The notes under the pieces were generated by a model, which worked only from the letters and a program-made list of their open reading frames with translations, was not told the origin of the DNA and searched no databases. A DNA stretch of 64,000 bases, from NCBI GenBank assembly GCA_030324005.1, contig JARDVH010000133.1:33923430-33987429 (forward strand). Direction: 5' to 3'. This DNA is from Negaprion brevirostris (taxonomy: Eukaryota). Of the stretch, positions 12,701 to 27,700 are shown piece by piece (the stretch's first letter is position 1; every line of letters starts with the position of its first letter). The position numbers were made by a program, and so were the translations under genes.

Positions 12701-15700
12701 GGATGAGCCTCCTTTTTGAACTGTTGTAGTCCATGAGGTGTAGGTGAGGCCACAGTTCAAAGGGACATTTCAAGATTTATGACTTGGACTGGAATTTGCA
12801 GTTGGTCATGCTTCCATGCACGTGCTGCCTTTTCTTCTTCCTCTGGAAGTCATGGCTTTAGGAGATGCGGTCAAAAGAACTTTGGCAAATGCTGCAGTAC
12901 ATCTTGTGAATGGTACACACCATAGCCTATTTCTGATTTGCTGTCTGCAGACTGGAATTATGATCTAATCCATACTCCTTACCAATTCTGTTATGCCAGC
13001 CACCAAAATTAGCTTAACTTGGAGTGGCGGTGGCACAGTGTACGAGTAAGCCAAAGACCCATTGTAATGCACTGGGGACCTAGATTCAAATCCCATCACA
13101 GCAGATGGTTGTTTATAAATTGAGTAAAACACCTGAAATTGAAAGTCTAATGATTGCTCTGAAACAATTGTCCTGAAACCCACCTGGTTCACTGATGTCC
13201 TTTTAAGGACAGAAACCTGCTGTATTTACCTCATCTGGCTTACATGTGACTGTGGACCCTCAGCAGTTTGTTTGCCTCTCAAATGTCCTCTGAAATGGCT
13301 TAGCAATCCATTCAGTCATATACGACTGTTACAAAGAAAACATGAACAAATGAAACCAGCTGGACCACCTGGCATCGACCTAGGCACCAAGTCAACCTGA
13401 TGAAGTTACAGCACAGGACTAGTGTGCCCAACATTATAAGCAGCAAGTATCAGAGCCCAAACAGTTCATAGAATCAGAGAATCTCTGCAGTGCAGTAGGA
13501 GGCCATTCGGCTCAATAAGCCTGTACCGACAATAATCCCACCAGGCTCTATCCCCAAAACCCCATGTGTTTACCATGCTAGTCCCCTTGACACCAAGGGT
13601 CAATTTAGCAGGGCCAATCCACTGAACCTGCACATCTTTTCATAATGTGGAGATGCTGGCGTTGGACAGTAAAAAGTCTCTCAACACCAAGTTAAAGTCC
13701 ATAGTAAGACTTCTTACATCTTTCCATAACTGTTGGATCAGATCTGAGCTCTGGAGTCCCGCCATATCCAGTCATGAATGGTAGTGGACAATTAACAACT
13801 CACTGGAGGAGGAAGCTCCACAAATATCCCTATCCTCTGATGGAGGAGCCTACCACATCAGTGCCAAAGAAAAGGCTGAAACATTTGCAACGACCTTCAG
13901 CTAGAAGTACCGAGTGGATGATTTATCTTTGCTTCTTCCGGTGATCTGCAGTATCATAGATACAGTCAATTTGATTCNNNATGTGACATCAAGGAACAAC
14001 TGAAGGCACTGGATACTGCAAAGACTATGGGCCATGACAGCATTCCAACAATAGTACTGAAGACTTGTGCTCCAGCATTTGCCGCATCCTTAACCAAGCT
14101 CTTCCAGTACAGTTACAACACTGGCATCTATCTGACAACGTGGAAAATTACCCAGGTTCATCCTGTAGAGAAGAAACAGGACAAATCCAACCGAGGCAAT
14201 TTTTGCATTATCAACCTACTTCAGTTATCAGTAAAGTGATGTAAAGAATCATCATCAGCATAATCAGCAGCACTTACTCAGCAACAACCTGCTCACCAAT
14301 GCCTAGTTTGAGTTCTACCAGGGTCATTCAGTTCCTGCTCTCGTTACAGCCTTGGTTCAAACGTGGACAAAAGAGTTGAACTCCAGAGGTGAGATGAGAG
14401 TGACTGTCCTTGACATCAAAGCAACATGTGACCAAGTATGGCACCAAGGAGCCCTAGCAAAACCAGAGTCAGTGGGAATTGGAGTGAAAATTCTCCAATG
14501 GTTGGAGTCACATCTGATACAAAGGAAGATAGTTGTGGTTGTTGGAGGTCATAGAATCGTAAAAACCCTATGGTGCAGAAAGAGGCCATTTGGCCCATCA
14601 AGTCTGCACCGACCACAATCCCACCCAGTGCCTACCCCCATATCCCTATCTCTTTACCTGCTAATCCCTCTAACATACACATCTCAGGACACTAAGGGGC
14701 AGTTTTAGCATAGCCAATCAACCTAACCCGCACATCTGGTCAATCACCTCAACTCCAGGACATCATTGCAGAAGTCCCTCAGGGTATTGTTCAAGACCCA
14801 ACCATCTCCAGCTGCTTCATCACTGACCTTGCTTCCATCATAAGGTCAGAAGTGGGGATGTTCGCTGATGACTGCACAACGTTCAGCACCATTTGTGAGG
14901 CCTCAGATACCGAAGCAGTCTGTNNNNNNNNNNCTGTGTCCAAATGCAGCAAGGCCTGAACAATATCCAGGCTTGGGCTGACGAGTGGCAAGTAACATTT
15001 GTGCCACACAAGTGGCAGGTAATGACCGTCTCCAGCAAGGATCAAGTCATCGGTCCTTGACATTCAGTGGCTGAATCGCCTCTGTCAACATCCTGGGGTT
15101 GACTGTTAACCAAAAACTGAACTGAAACTGACTCCCCAAAGCCTGTCCACCATTCAGAAGACAAGAGTGTGGTGTGATAGAATACTCTCCACTTAACTGG
15201 ATGGGTGCAGTTCCAATAACACTCGAGAAGCTTGACACCATCTAGGACAAAAGAGCATGCATGATTGCTACCCCTTCCACATTCAGTCCCTCTGCCATTA
15301 ACTAACAATGGCAGCAGTTTGCAAAATGCACTGCAAGAACTCACCAAGGTTCCTTAGGCAGCACCTTTCAAATCCATGACCACTATCATCTAGAAGGATA
15401 AGAGAAGCTGATAACCTGGAGACGCCATCACCTGGAGGTTCCCTCTAAGTCACTCACCACCCTGACATGGAGATATATTGCTGTTTCTTCACTGTTACTG
15501 GGTTAGAATTCTGGAGCTTCCAAACAGCACTGTGGATGCACCAAAACCTTTGGAACTGCAGCAGTTCAAGAAAGCTCACCACCACCTTCCAAAGGGCAGC
15601 TGGGATGGAGAATAAATGCTGGATTAACCAGTGATGCCCACATCTCATAAATGAATTCTTAAAAAGCAAATGTCATAAGTTCAACCCAAATGATAAAGTG

Positions 15701-18700
15701 TGATCAGTTATTGAAAGCTTGTACTGAAACTGCAAATGTTAGCTTTGAAATAACCGACGCGTGGAATTGTACAGGGGAAGGCAATCCTCCAGGTGAAAAT
15801 GCTTTTGGTTCAGGATTTTCCCCTTCTTTATATAAGAAGAGCATTATCAACATTTTCCATGCACTCCCAAATGGACATACCTACTCTATTTTTATAGGCT
15901 TGCAAGGCTGTCAGATGCACCTCCAATGTGAATTGAACACTGCTCAGTGATGTCACTTGTATCTGTGTTTTTTATTCTTTGTGCATCGTTGTCCTTTAGA
16001 AGCTGGTGATGAGCTGTCTTGCTGAACTACTGTGACTGCAAGAGAGACACACNNNNNNNNNNNNNNNNNNNNNNNNNNNNNNNNNNNNNNNNNNNNNNNN
16101 NNNNNNNNNNNNNNNNNNNNNNNNNNNNNNNNNNNNNNNNNNNNNNNNNNNNTGAGCTGTCTTGCTGAACTACTGAGACTGCAAGAGAGACACACTCATG
16201 TTGTTAGGTGGAGAGCTGTGGCAAGATTTTTAACTAAAAGAATGGAAATACGTTTCCACATCAGGATGGTGTCTAACTTGGGAGGGAACTTGCAGGAGGT
16301 TGTATTCCTGCGTTCATATTGGCCTTCATTCTTCCAGGTGATCGTGTCACCTGTTTGGTAGGTGCTAGAGGGAAAGAGAATCAAAGTAGAGTAAGATGGG
16401 ATTTAAAAAGTAACTAGTGGAAGTTTTTTAAAAAAATAATCAATGGGGCACCAGTTGCAGCCAAAAGCACTGTTTTTGCTCTTTCCCAAAATACTTTTTA
16501 CTAAATATTAAATACTTTCAAGTGATACATTTGGTTTGAATTTGGAGAGGATTTGTTTTTCAAAATGCTCAATTTGGGCAAGAGTATACATTGAACAGGT
16601 ACATGTTCTTGGTGGAAGATGTCAGCTGAGAAATTACTATTGGGGAATGCACGCTTAGCCCATTAAGTATTATTATTATTCTGGTACATTCAGCATTATG
16701 GTACATTAAGTATTGTTATACATTATGTATTCCACATTAATAGCGCAGTAATTTCTATGTTACAGATGTCTGAAGATTTGTCTGTCTTGTTTCAGGAGAC
16801 GGCATGGGAATAGTCATCGAAGCAGTTCCTTCACTCTGCTTCAATCCCTGACTATTGAGGATAGCCGTGACAAGCCAACATACAGTGTGCTGCTTGGACA
16901 GCTCTTTGCTTTCATTGGAACAAATCCTGACCAGGCTGTAAGTTTGTAATTGTACTTTTATTTCCAAATTATTAGGAAAGTCTGAAGTGAACCATTTTAG
17001 ATAAGGAACATAATTATATGTTCAGATGCCATGCATTGTGTTAGAATAAATTGTTAAGCTGTTGTAGGATTGAGTTTTGGAAATTGCGGGTAATGTTTGG
17101 GTAAAAGATGATTTCATGAAAGTTGCATTCTTCTGTTTTTTGTTCCTTGAATTGAATATCTTTAGCTCAATTATGGCACTTTCTCCTGTACATGTGTAAT
17201 TGTACATTATATCCCACTGGGTTTAAATGTAGAAGCATAACCAGAGTTGTACAGAGCAGAAAAGACCCTTCAGCTTGAATTCATATATCATTGCCCTTGA
17301 GGATTTGCATACTTAGCCGTTATAATCAATTTTTGATCAAATTTCACTGTGCATATATTACTATTTATTGATCTATAAGAGCAGCCATTTGCCAGTGTCA
17401 ATAATTCATTACTGATGTAATGTTGCAAACTTTTTCATTACCCTATTAAATAAGGATGGAGAAGTTGTCATTGTGAATAAACTAAATAACATGAGGACAT
17501 TATGGTCTTATTTTGCTTTAGGTGTCAAGCAGCAGTTTCCTTTTAGCTGCCCAAACCCGGTGGCGGCGTGGTAACACAAGAAAACAGGCCCTGGTACACA
17601 TGCGTGAGCTGTTGACGGCAGCAGTCAGAGTCGGTGGTGTCACTCATTTAGTGGGACCTGTAACCACAGTCCTTCAAGGTGGACCAAGGTGAGATGCTGA
17701 CTGGTTGAATTGTAAACAAAAAAATGATTATTCCTTACAAGAAGCTAGGGACATGGCAACAGATTTATTTTATTTTCTCTTGTGCTAAGAGTCTAGAATG
17801 CTTATGCTATTTTTTTACAAAACACTGGCTTTATACTTGACAAGATGAGAAATATTACTTCAGGTGAATGGAAAATGGCTCTATTCTACTTCAGTGATAT
17901 GCCTCAATCTCAAAAGAGCCAGTCCCAATACCATTTTTTTTAAATTTGTCNNNNNNNNNNNNNNNNNNNNNNNNNNNNNNNNNNNNNNNNNNNNNNNNNN
18001 NNNNNNNNNNNNNNNNNNNNNNNNNNNNNNNNNNNNNNNNNNNNNNNNNNNNNNNNNNNNNNNNNNNNNNNNNNNNNNNNNNNNNNNNNNNNNNNNNNNN
18101 NNNNNNNNNNNNNNNNNNNNNNNNNNNNNNNNNNNNNNNNNNNNNNNNNNNNNNNNNNNNNNNNNNNNNNNNNNNNNNNNNNNNNNNNNNNNNNNNNNNN
18201 NNNNNNNNNNNNNNNNNNNNNNNNNNNNNNNNNNNNNNNNNNNNNNNNNNNNNNNNNNNNNNNNNNNNNNNNNNNNNNNNNNNNNNNNNNNNNNNNNNAG
18301 CACGGTACTTGAGAGATGGGGCAGGGGGGTGGGTAGTTTGTTGGTTTTGAACGGCAATCACTTTAATTGATGGGGGAAAGAACTGAAAAGAGGCTGAAGG
18401 CTGGTGACTTACTGAAAATCACATGACAAAGACAAGCTTGAAGTTTTGAACTTGTTTTTGGGGAATAAGCTGAGAAGAAAGGCTATATAACTGACTTCCT
18501 GCCTTGCCTGAAATTCTGTATGTGGGTTCTTAGCCAGAGAATCCTAACCTGAGTGTAACTTGTCTGAATTTGAAAATCTGCAAAGCTGAAACCAAAAAAA
18601 TTGAACCAGCTCTGCATATTCTTCCACACAGAAGCTCTGTTATTCAGAGTCTCCAGACATTTACAGGGCTCGTAGTCTGTCTTCGGACGAGGGAGCTCCA

Positions 18701-21700
18701 GATCAATACTGTCAAACTCTGAGAGCTTTATTCTAATGACACTTTTTTTTTCATTGATCATGGGCATTGTTGGCTCAGCCAACATTTGTTGCCATTCCCT
18801 AATTGCCCGTGAATGGAACTAGGCTATTCGGAGGACATTTAAGAGTCAACCATATTGCTGTTGATCTGGAGTCACATGTAAGCCAGACCAGATGCGGATG
18901 GCAGATTTCCTTCCGTGAAGGGCAGTAGTGAACCAAATGGGGGTTTGTTTTACAACAATCTGCAGTGGTTTCACAGTCATCATTGGGATTTTAATTTTTT
19001 TTATTGGATTTAAATTTCAGCATCTGCTTGGTAGGATTCGAACCTGAGTCCCCAAAACGTTACCCTTGGTCTCTGGATTACTAATCCAGTGATAATATCA
19101 CACTGCCACAGCCTCCCCTAACGAAGCCTGGCTGAAGCCTCTCATTATTGGTACCAGTAGTGCAGTTGAACGATTGGCTATTTTGATGAGTAAATTCATC
19201 TCCTAAACTAATGGTACAAGTTGTGGAGTAGTGGGGCTAGATAATATGTACACACCTCCCATCCAGAACCATAGAATCCCTTCAGTGCAAAAAAAAGCCA
19301 TTCAGCCCATCGTGTCTGCACTGACCACAATCCCACCCAGGCCATATTCCTGTAACTCCACATATTTACCCTGCTAATCCCCTGACGCTAGGGTCAATTT
19401 AGCATGGCCAGTCAACTTAACCTGCACATCTTTGGACTGTGGGAGAAAACCAGAGCACCCGATGGAAATCCATGCCGACACAGGGAGAACGTGCAAACTT
19501 CACACAGACAGTGACTTAAGGCCGGAATTGAGCCCGGGTCCCTGGTGCATGAGGCAGTCGTGCTAACCACTGTGCCACCATGTAATACTGGTAATATTGC
19601 TGCTCCACAATTGTTGAACTGCAGACACATTTCCAGCAAAGTGAGTGAGATCTTGCTTTATTCCCTTGTCCACTCCAAAGTATTGAACTCCATTAGATGT
19701 CCCTTCCAGGCAAGAGCTGCCATATCTTAAATCAAGTCATTGTATGTGATGCTAGGCAACTATTACCTATTAGCTGCAGGATTGCAAACAAACAATATTA
19801 AAAAGTTTTAAGCAGAATTTTATAAGTAGAGGAGAAGGTATTTTTCTTGCCCAGTTTTATATTAATGTTTAAATTGTTTTTACTCCTCTATTTTACTTTT
19901 TTTCATTTTATCCCATTAATCTTAGTTCCCCCTTGATTACCTATGCAGCAAAAAACATTCCTGAATGAATACTGATATATAATCCAGCAATGTAGTTTAA
20001 AAAAATCCCCTGAAGAGCGTGTGCCAAGACAGCTGCAAGATTGATGAAAACGAGAGAGGATAATGCATGTTTGAAAAACAAATTTCTGTCCATATTGTTT
20101 GAAGGATTTACACTTTTTTTAGGAAATAGAATTTAATTCAGATGCTGGTGTTGGAAGGAAGCCATTTTGCAGCTGATGGTGTAGTTTCCCATTGATAAAA
20201 ATTTACTTCTGTTCTCTCAGGATTGAAGAGCTAACGTGTGGTGGGATGGTGGAGCAGGTTCAGGAGGCATTTGGCGAGACCATGACATCAGTTGTTTCAC
20301 TTTGTGCCCGTTATCCAATTGCCTGTGCCAATAGCATTGGGCTACTATGTACCATACCATACACCAGGTAGGGGAATCGTGCTTCTCACAACATTTCAAT
20401 GAATTGGGAGCTAAATTATCTATTAATTCAACCTTGTTTGTACTCTATATATGTGAATGATTTTCAATTACATAACCAGTATTTAATATATTGTGGTCTA
20501 CATAGGCCTCACCAGTTGGGATATGTTTTTGATTGGGAGTAGTTTATATGCCTTTGAACTTTCCACCCTCACCACTGAGCAAGGAACTCATGGACTTCAC
20601 CATCTGTTCAGTGCCTTTTTTTGCTAACCATACGCTGTAACCTTAAATCCATATTTTTAATATTTTGTTTCTTCTTCCCTATATGGCTTGCCCATATACA
20701 TCACCTACGTCTCCCACCTTCTCTTACCATTAAGCTGGGGGTAATGCAAATCCCTTCCTGGCCCCATGCTGGCTGAAATTGTAAATGCTTTCCTCCCCTC
20801 AGTTACTGTCTTCCTCTCTTTCAAAATTGCTACCACCTCCCACAAACCCACCTTGGAACCCTGTTTTCTGGAAAGCAACAACCCAATCTCTGACCTCTGT
20901 TTTCTTGCTGGAGTTTTTGAGCATTTTATTAACTTCCAATGCATGCCCTTCTGTCCCACAATTCTGGTTTCAATCACTGTAATCAAGTTTCAGTCTCTAT
21001 CCCTGCAATAGCACTAAAATGGCACATACCGAGGTAGCAAACGATATTGTGTCACTGTTGAAGAACTGTTTTGGTGTGCATATTTTTTCTCATTTAACAA
21101 AGGATGTAAATGTCAGTGGTTCAGAGGAGTTTTATTAGATTGATACCTGTAATGAGTGGCTTCTCTTGTCAGGATAGATTGGACAGGATGTGCATGTTTC
21201 TACTGGAGTTTAGAAGAGTAAGGGATGACTTGATAAGATCCTGACTGGCCTTGTCAAGGTGAATGTTGTAATGATATTTTCCCTTGGGGGAGAGTCCAGA
21301 ACTAGGGAGCACTGTTTTAAGATTAGAGGTCACCCTTATAAGGCAAAGATGAGAATATTTTTCTGAGGATTGTGCAGCTTTGGAACTCTGCCTCAGAATG
21401 TGATAGAAGCAGGTTATTGAATATTTTTGAGAGGGGTTGATAGATTCCTGTTAGGCATAGGAGGCACAAGTTATCACAAGTAAATGGGAATGTGGAACTC
21501 AAAAGACAGATAAATCAGTCATGATATTGTTGAATGACAGAGCAGGCTGGAAGGGCTAAATGGCACCTTCCTATTTTGTATGTTTATATGTTCATTGTTT
21601 GTCCTTTAGCACATTGCAGGTTTTGATACGGTTGACAACCATCCCCAATGCCTCCCTTCTGTTGTGTAGCCCAATAGGATAACCCTCACTATTAACTATC

Positions 21701-24700
21701 TAATTGTAGTAAGATTATTTCCAGCAATGTTTTAGCTTCCCATCTGTGTGCCTACTTCATAGAATCATAGAGTTGTACAGTGCAGAAGAGGTCATTAGGC
21801 CCACCGAGTCTGCATGCGTTCTCTGACAGAGCATCTTACCTAAGTCCTCTTCCCCATGCTATCACCATAAGACCACACCTTCCATGGCTAATCCATTTAA
21901 CTTAAGGGCAATATTGTATGGCAAGTCCACTAACCTGTGCATCTTTGGACTGTAGGAGGAAACCAGAGCACCCGGAGGAAACCCACACAGACATAGGGAG
22001 AATGTGCAAACTCCACATAGGTGTTCAGAGTGATTTGTAAATGGTAGTGTTCCTGTGACCTTACTGTCCTTGTTCTAGTAACCTGTAAAGGTTGTGAGTT
22101 AGAAAGTTACCATTGATGTCGCTTCGCTGAATTGCTGCTGTGCAATTTGTAGATGATATGCATTGCAATCATTGTGCACCAGTGATGTAGTGAGTTGACA
22201 TTTAAGGCACTGGTGGGTTGCCAACATGTCCTTAATGATATCAAGTTTCTTTCTGTTGGAGCTGCATCAGTTAAGTGGGAATTATTCCAACACATCAGTG
22301 TTTCATAGCTAATGGAAAGGCATTTGGCAGAGGAGATGTGTCACTCCCTGCTGAATTCCCAGCCATTGACCTGTTCTTGCAGTGATCCGATTAATGTGGC
22401 TCGTCCAGTCCAGTTTCTGGCCAATGTTAACCACCCCCTGGCCCCAACCCCTAGATGCTGCTAGTGGGGAATTCAGCATTGGTAATGCCATTGACTAAGA
22501 GGAAGGTGATAAGACTCTCTTGTTCGAGATGACCTGGCATTTGTGTGGTGTGAGTGTGACTAACCTTTTGTCAACCCAAGCCTTGCCTCTGCCTCTGAGG
22601 AAATGCAAGGGTATTGCATTTTCAGTCATCAGCCAAACATCCCATTTTCTGACCTTGTGATGGAGGGAAGGTATTAATGAAGCTGCTGAATATGGTTGGG
22701 CCCAGAAGCTCCTCTGAGGAACTTCTGTTATGATATCCTGGGCTTCCAGCAACTACAGAATCTTTATGTTCAGGATAACTCTCCAGTGTAAAGTTAACCC
22801 CATTCCCATTGACTTTAGCTTGCTTTAGGGCTCCTTAATAGCACCTGCACTAAACAACTGTTTTGATGTCAAAGTCAATTCAGTCTTTTCTCATCTCTGG
22901 AATTCTGTTTCTTTGCCATGTTTGGACCAAGTCTGTCAAGTGCTGCTCGATAGCATTATCGATGACACCTGTCATATAATTGATGGTTGAAAGTAGACCA
23001 ATAGGTTTGTAATTGGGCAGGTTGGATTTTATGAAGGCAATATATCCCTGAGAAATTTTCCACTTGGTTGGGTAGAGACCAGTGTATTGCAACAGTTCAG
23101 CTAGGGGTATGGCTCTTTCTGCAGCACGTCTTCAGCACTAGAGCCAGGGAATTGTCTGTGCCCATAATCTTTACTATATCCAATGCATGGCAGTAGCTTC
23201 TTTACCAATGCTTACCTCAGCAGGAGACCAAAAAGGATCACCCACTGCCACTTCTAACTGAAGATGATTGCAAACATTTCAGCCTTGTCTCTCTTGCATT
23301 TACATGGCATGCTGTGTCATCTTTGTGGATATGGATATTCAGAAAGCTGCTTCCTATTATTTTTAATTTTGCATTTCACCAAAGCTCTATCCTACCCCTT
23401 TCCTTGTCTCAATGCTGCTCTTTGACATTATCCAAAAATACAGCATCAAATTCAACGTATATTTAACCACACCTAGCTGTCTTTTTATTGAGAATATTGA
23501 GTTCATAATTCATGTGTTTTAGAATATAAATTTGAGGAATTAAAGGTTTAAATGTAAAATGAGGAAAAGCCTGGTTATAAAACTGACAACTAACATTAAT
23601 GTTAAGACAGATCAAACAAACCTGGGTTTCATTGACCTGTGTTTAGCTTACACATTCAGAATTTGAAGTGAATCAACCTGCTAACTTGTAAACTGAACAT
23701 TGAGAAATTCTGGTTTGACACTGCACACCTTGTGTGTTTCTCTTCTGCCTCCCAGACAGAAAGTGCAACTTCAATCTAACCAGCTTTACAGAGTTTCTCA
23801 CTGTGGAAACAAGTGACATTGTTTCTGAGCTACACATGATGAAAGTTGCCTCAGCAGCTTTGCACTGATGGGCTCAAAAACATTCAAAGGCACTTCAATA
23901 GGAGCATTATAAAACAAAATATTAAACTGAGCTACATAAGATATTATTGACCAAACATTAGTTTCAAGAGGTAGGTTTGAAGAGGTTGAGAGACATGTTA
24001 GTGAGGTAGTTTGTCATCAGCATACAGATGAACATAATGNNNNNNNNNNNNNNNNNNNNNNNNNCCGCTCAGTTCACCAAGGGTGCGAGTTGGCTAGTCT
24101 GGGCTAATTATTACATTGTTGAACCCATAGGGAATAAGTATACCGTAAATACATTTTATCCAGCTGTTTTACGAGCTGGAAGAAATGTAATGTATTTTAT
24201 GTTTAACTTTGTTAACAGAATCTGATGCCTGCGTGAATTCTATTTAAGAACCTGACCTACCATTCAATGCGTCATCATCATTTGGTTTCATATATCCATA
24301 TGTATGATCAATTAATGACATTAATAGACTGGTTCCAGAACTAACCAGCTGGTATAGTTCGCCTTGCACAGCAGAATGTAACTATATCTCATTATTGTTC
24401 TGTGGAACTTCTGCAATGTAATTAGTGCTGTTCATGTATTTGCCAAGTTTAATTTTGTGATTTGTAAGACCTGTATTTTACTTTTTGAATATTCAGTCAT
24501 CAGCTATTACATGGACTACCAACAACAAAAACTTGCATTTGGAAAGTGCCATTAATGTAAAACATGTTAATGTCCCTCCAGGAATGCTAACAACCAAATT
24601 ATTGGCATTTAGCCATGTAGCGATATTAGCACACATGACCACAAGCTTCGTCTAAGAGGTAGTTTTTAAGGGGCATCTTAAAATCAGTGTAATGGAGGGA

Positions 24701-27700
24701 ATTCAAGAGCTTAATCCTAGGCAGCTAAAAGCACAACTACTCATAGTGGGTCAATAAGGACATGCGAGACAGCAGAAATGGGAGAGAGGAAAGACCTCAG
24801 GATTGATGAAGATTTCAGAGAAAGGGTGGGCAGGAAAATGCGAAATTGAAGTTCAAAGTATTTTGGACTGGGAACCAGTGTAGGTCATCCAGCACAGTTG
24901 AGCATATGTCATTGCACACTGTGCATGCTTTCTTGAGGAACATGGTACTGGCACTCATGCAGCTGAAGTTTGCCAAGCTACATAACCCAAATATTACGTC
25001 TTAATAAAACCACTTCAAATCCTTTTTTTTTAATGCAACTGTTTAGATTGCCAGTACGTGTTGCATTCATTGATCTCAGTTGAGTTAGTGGCATGGGAGC
25101 TACAATTATTCTCTGTTTTAGGGTCAGGGAAAGTTAACCAAAGCTCCAATTTCAGGTCACTATCCAGTTATTTTGGAACAGAGGAGAAAGTGAAATCATC
25201 CATTAGTACCTCAATTTCATACTGTGACATCTAGAGGCAGTCTATCAACATCAACTGGTTACTTTGACCTCTAAATAGTCTCAATTGAAGGGATTGGGAG
25301 CCATGTAACTGTGCATAATTCTGAAGAGAGATTTTTGGGTGGTAGAATTTAAAAGACATGATTATCAATTTGAGTTCCAAGCAATTGCATCTTATACAGC
25401 CAGGAAAACAACTTGGAAACTACAAAAAGGATTTTTTGACAGTGTAAGCTGCTGTTGATATGTTCAAGGAGTTTTACTTGTTACGACCTCTGTTCTGATG
25501 TATTGTTTTGCATATTTAGAAATCTTTTTGTTACCCCACATTTAGGAGTGAGGAGAAGTGTCTGGTGCGGAGTGGCTTGGTGCAGCTCATGGACAGACTC
25601 TGTAGCCTGACAAGCCAACGAGAAAGTAGCTCCAGTGAAAAACAGACAAGGAAGCAGAAGGTAGCCACTATGGCCTGGGCTGCCTTCCAGGTACTGGCTA
25701 ATCGCTGTGTAGAGTGGGAGAAAGAAGAAGGTGAGGGTTATTCGTAAATGTAACCATGTCTGTCCCTGCTCCCACCCTTTCTCTGTTATGACCTTCAAAC
25801 TATTAAAACCCTCACTAAGCATTATTCATTTGTTCCTGAATGATGTCACCTTTCTTGCAAGCTGCTTGACCTTGGTTTGTGTCCCAGACAATGGGTCATG
25901 GCTTTGTGGCAGTTAAGACAAAACCTGAAGATCCTTGCTAATTTTGCGAAAGGATGTTGAGGTTCAATGAGAAGTTTTTTTGGTTTAAAAAAAAGTCAGT
26001 GATCTCTTTCAGATAGCTCTGCCTCAAAGTGCCGAATGGTACCAGAGGAAAAAGGCGTTGACCACATCCTTGTAATAGAGGCCAGTTCATTGTTGTCCAT
26101 TTGAATGTGAATGGCTGCTTATAACTTAAACCTATTTCCAACAGTTGGAACATCTTTTTACTGAGTCATATTTGGACCTTGTGAAAATCCTATTCTTTAG
26201 AGTGAAGAACTGACATCGAAGTACTTTGCTGCTTCAAGTGTTCCACCCAATGGTTGCTTGTGGAACAACATTGGGTTATTTTTTCAGTAAGCCATATGTC
26301 GCTCAGTGGCAGTGTGAAGCACCCTATTCAAGAGATCACCCAGTTGTGTGAAAAGCAGGCAAGACTGTCAAATATGTTAAATAGTTAAATATGCAAGAGT
26401 AAATGTATATCCACCAAATACAGTACAGATTAAGCTTTGTGAAGTCGGCTTATTTTGCTTTCAGTTTTTTTATTATAGCTATCTCTGAACTGAACCTGTG
26501 GATTTTTCTTAATGAGTTTCCTTCAGTTCAAAATCAAAACTAATCTTTGTGGGCCTTTAACTTGCTTTTGGCTTGGCCTGTTGGACCATTCTACAAATAC
26601 ACTCTGATGTATTGGGGAGTTAGTGCAAGGGGCATTTAATATGTACTTCATTTCTCCAACCAGGTGTATCAACAAATGCAGTGCATTCTGGGTTAGCACG
26701 TCAAGTATCAAGCCTATTAACCAATCATCTTGCCCGTGCTACTGAGTGCTGTGGGAATCAAGCAGCGGGGAATGATGCACTGCAGGATGTACTCAGCCTA
26801 CTAAATGATCTTTCCAGGTAAGGAAACATTTAGAGAAACAATTGATTAAAGATGCACTCAGTAAGGTGTATGTACAGTTTGAAACTTCAGTGAATCTCAT
26901 GCATGTAGCGATTTACAACCATCGGCTACTTTTTGTATAATGTGTACAGTATAGTTTTATTTTACTGAAATGTAGTATATGAGTGAAGCACACTGAATAT
27001 ACCTGCTCTGCTGTCATTGAATTGAACTACATTAATATAATCTGAACAGTCCTTTTGTTGCGTGTTGTCTGTTTGAAGGAAATGGGGTGCTCTTATTCCA
27101 CTTTGTTTTTTTGAAGTTGGCTATTAAGGACAGTGATTGCTCACAAGCACATTAAATTAGGTATGCAAATCGATTTTGAGTGAAGTGAAATTGACCCTCT
27201 TGAGCTGCATTGCTTAGCATGATGCAGTTTTGCAGAGTTTCAACTTTAAAATTGTTTCGTGCAAGCTACAGGTGACTAGCATATCAGTAGATAAATTCTG
27301 TGCTACTGATTTTAATTTTGTGTTGAAATGCACTTTTCAGAATGTTTTCTGTATTTGTCGTTCAATATATTTAAAACTTGGTTTGGAAAACATCTGAATT
27401 GGTGGAAATGTCAAGTAACATGAAGTGATTGACAACCGAGCTTGATTTTTTTTTAAGCACCAAGTTATCTTGCCTGGAATATATTTTGCACATATGACTT
27501 TTGGAAATTAGTGAAATAAATAGTTTCAGCAGTGTTAATTAATCATACATTTTAACTCTGATCTTCCTATCAGAAGTCAAATTGGTAAAGCAATCCTCAG
27601 TCAGCCTGCCTGCGTGTCAAAGCTCCTTTCGTTATTATTAGACCAGCGGCCATCCCCCAAGCTGGTACTCATCATCCTTCAACTTTGCCGTGCTGCCTTA

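Noticed and set aside
16010-16195. 43-bp direct repeat flanking a 100-N gap
   Set aside because: The copies differ by one base and abut the gap on each side, typical of an unmerged contig overlap or haplotype artefact; not CRISPR-like.
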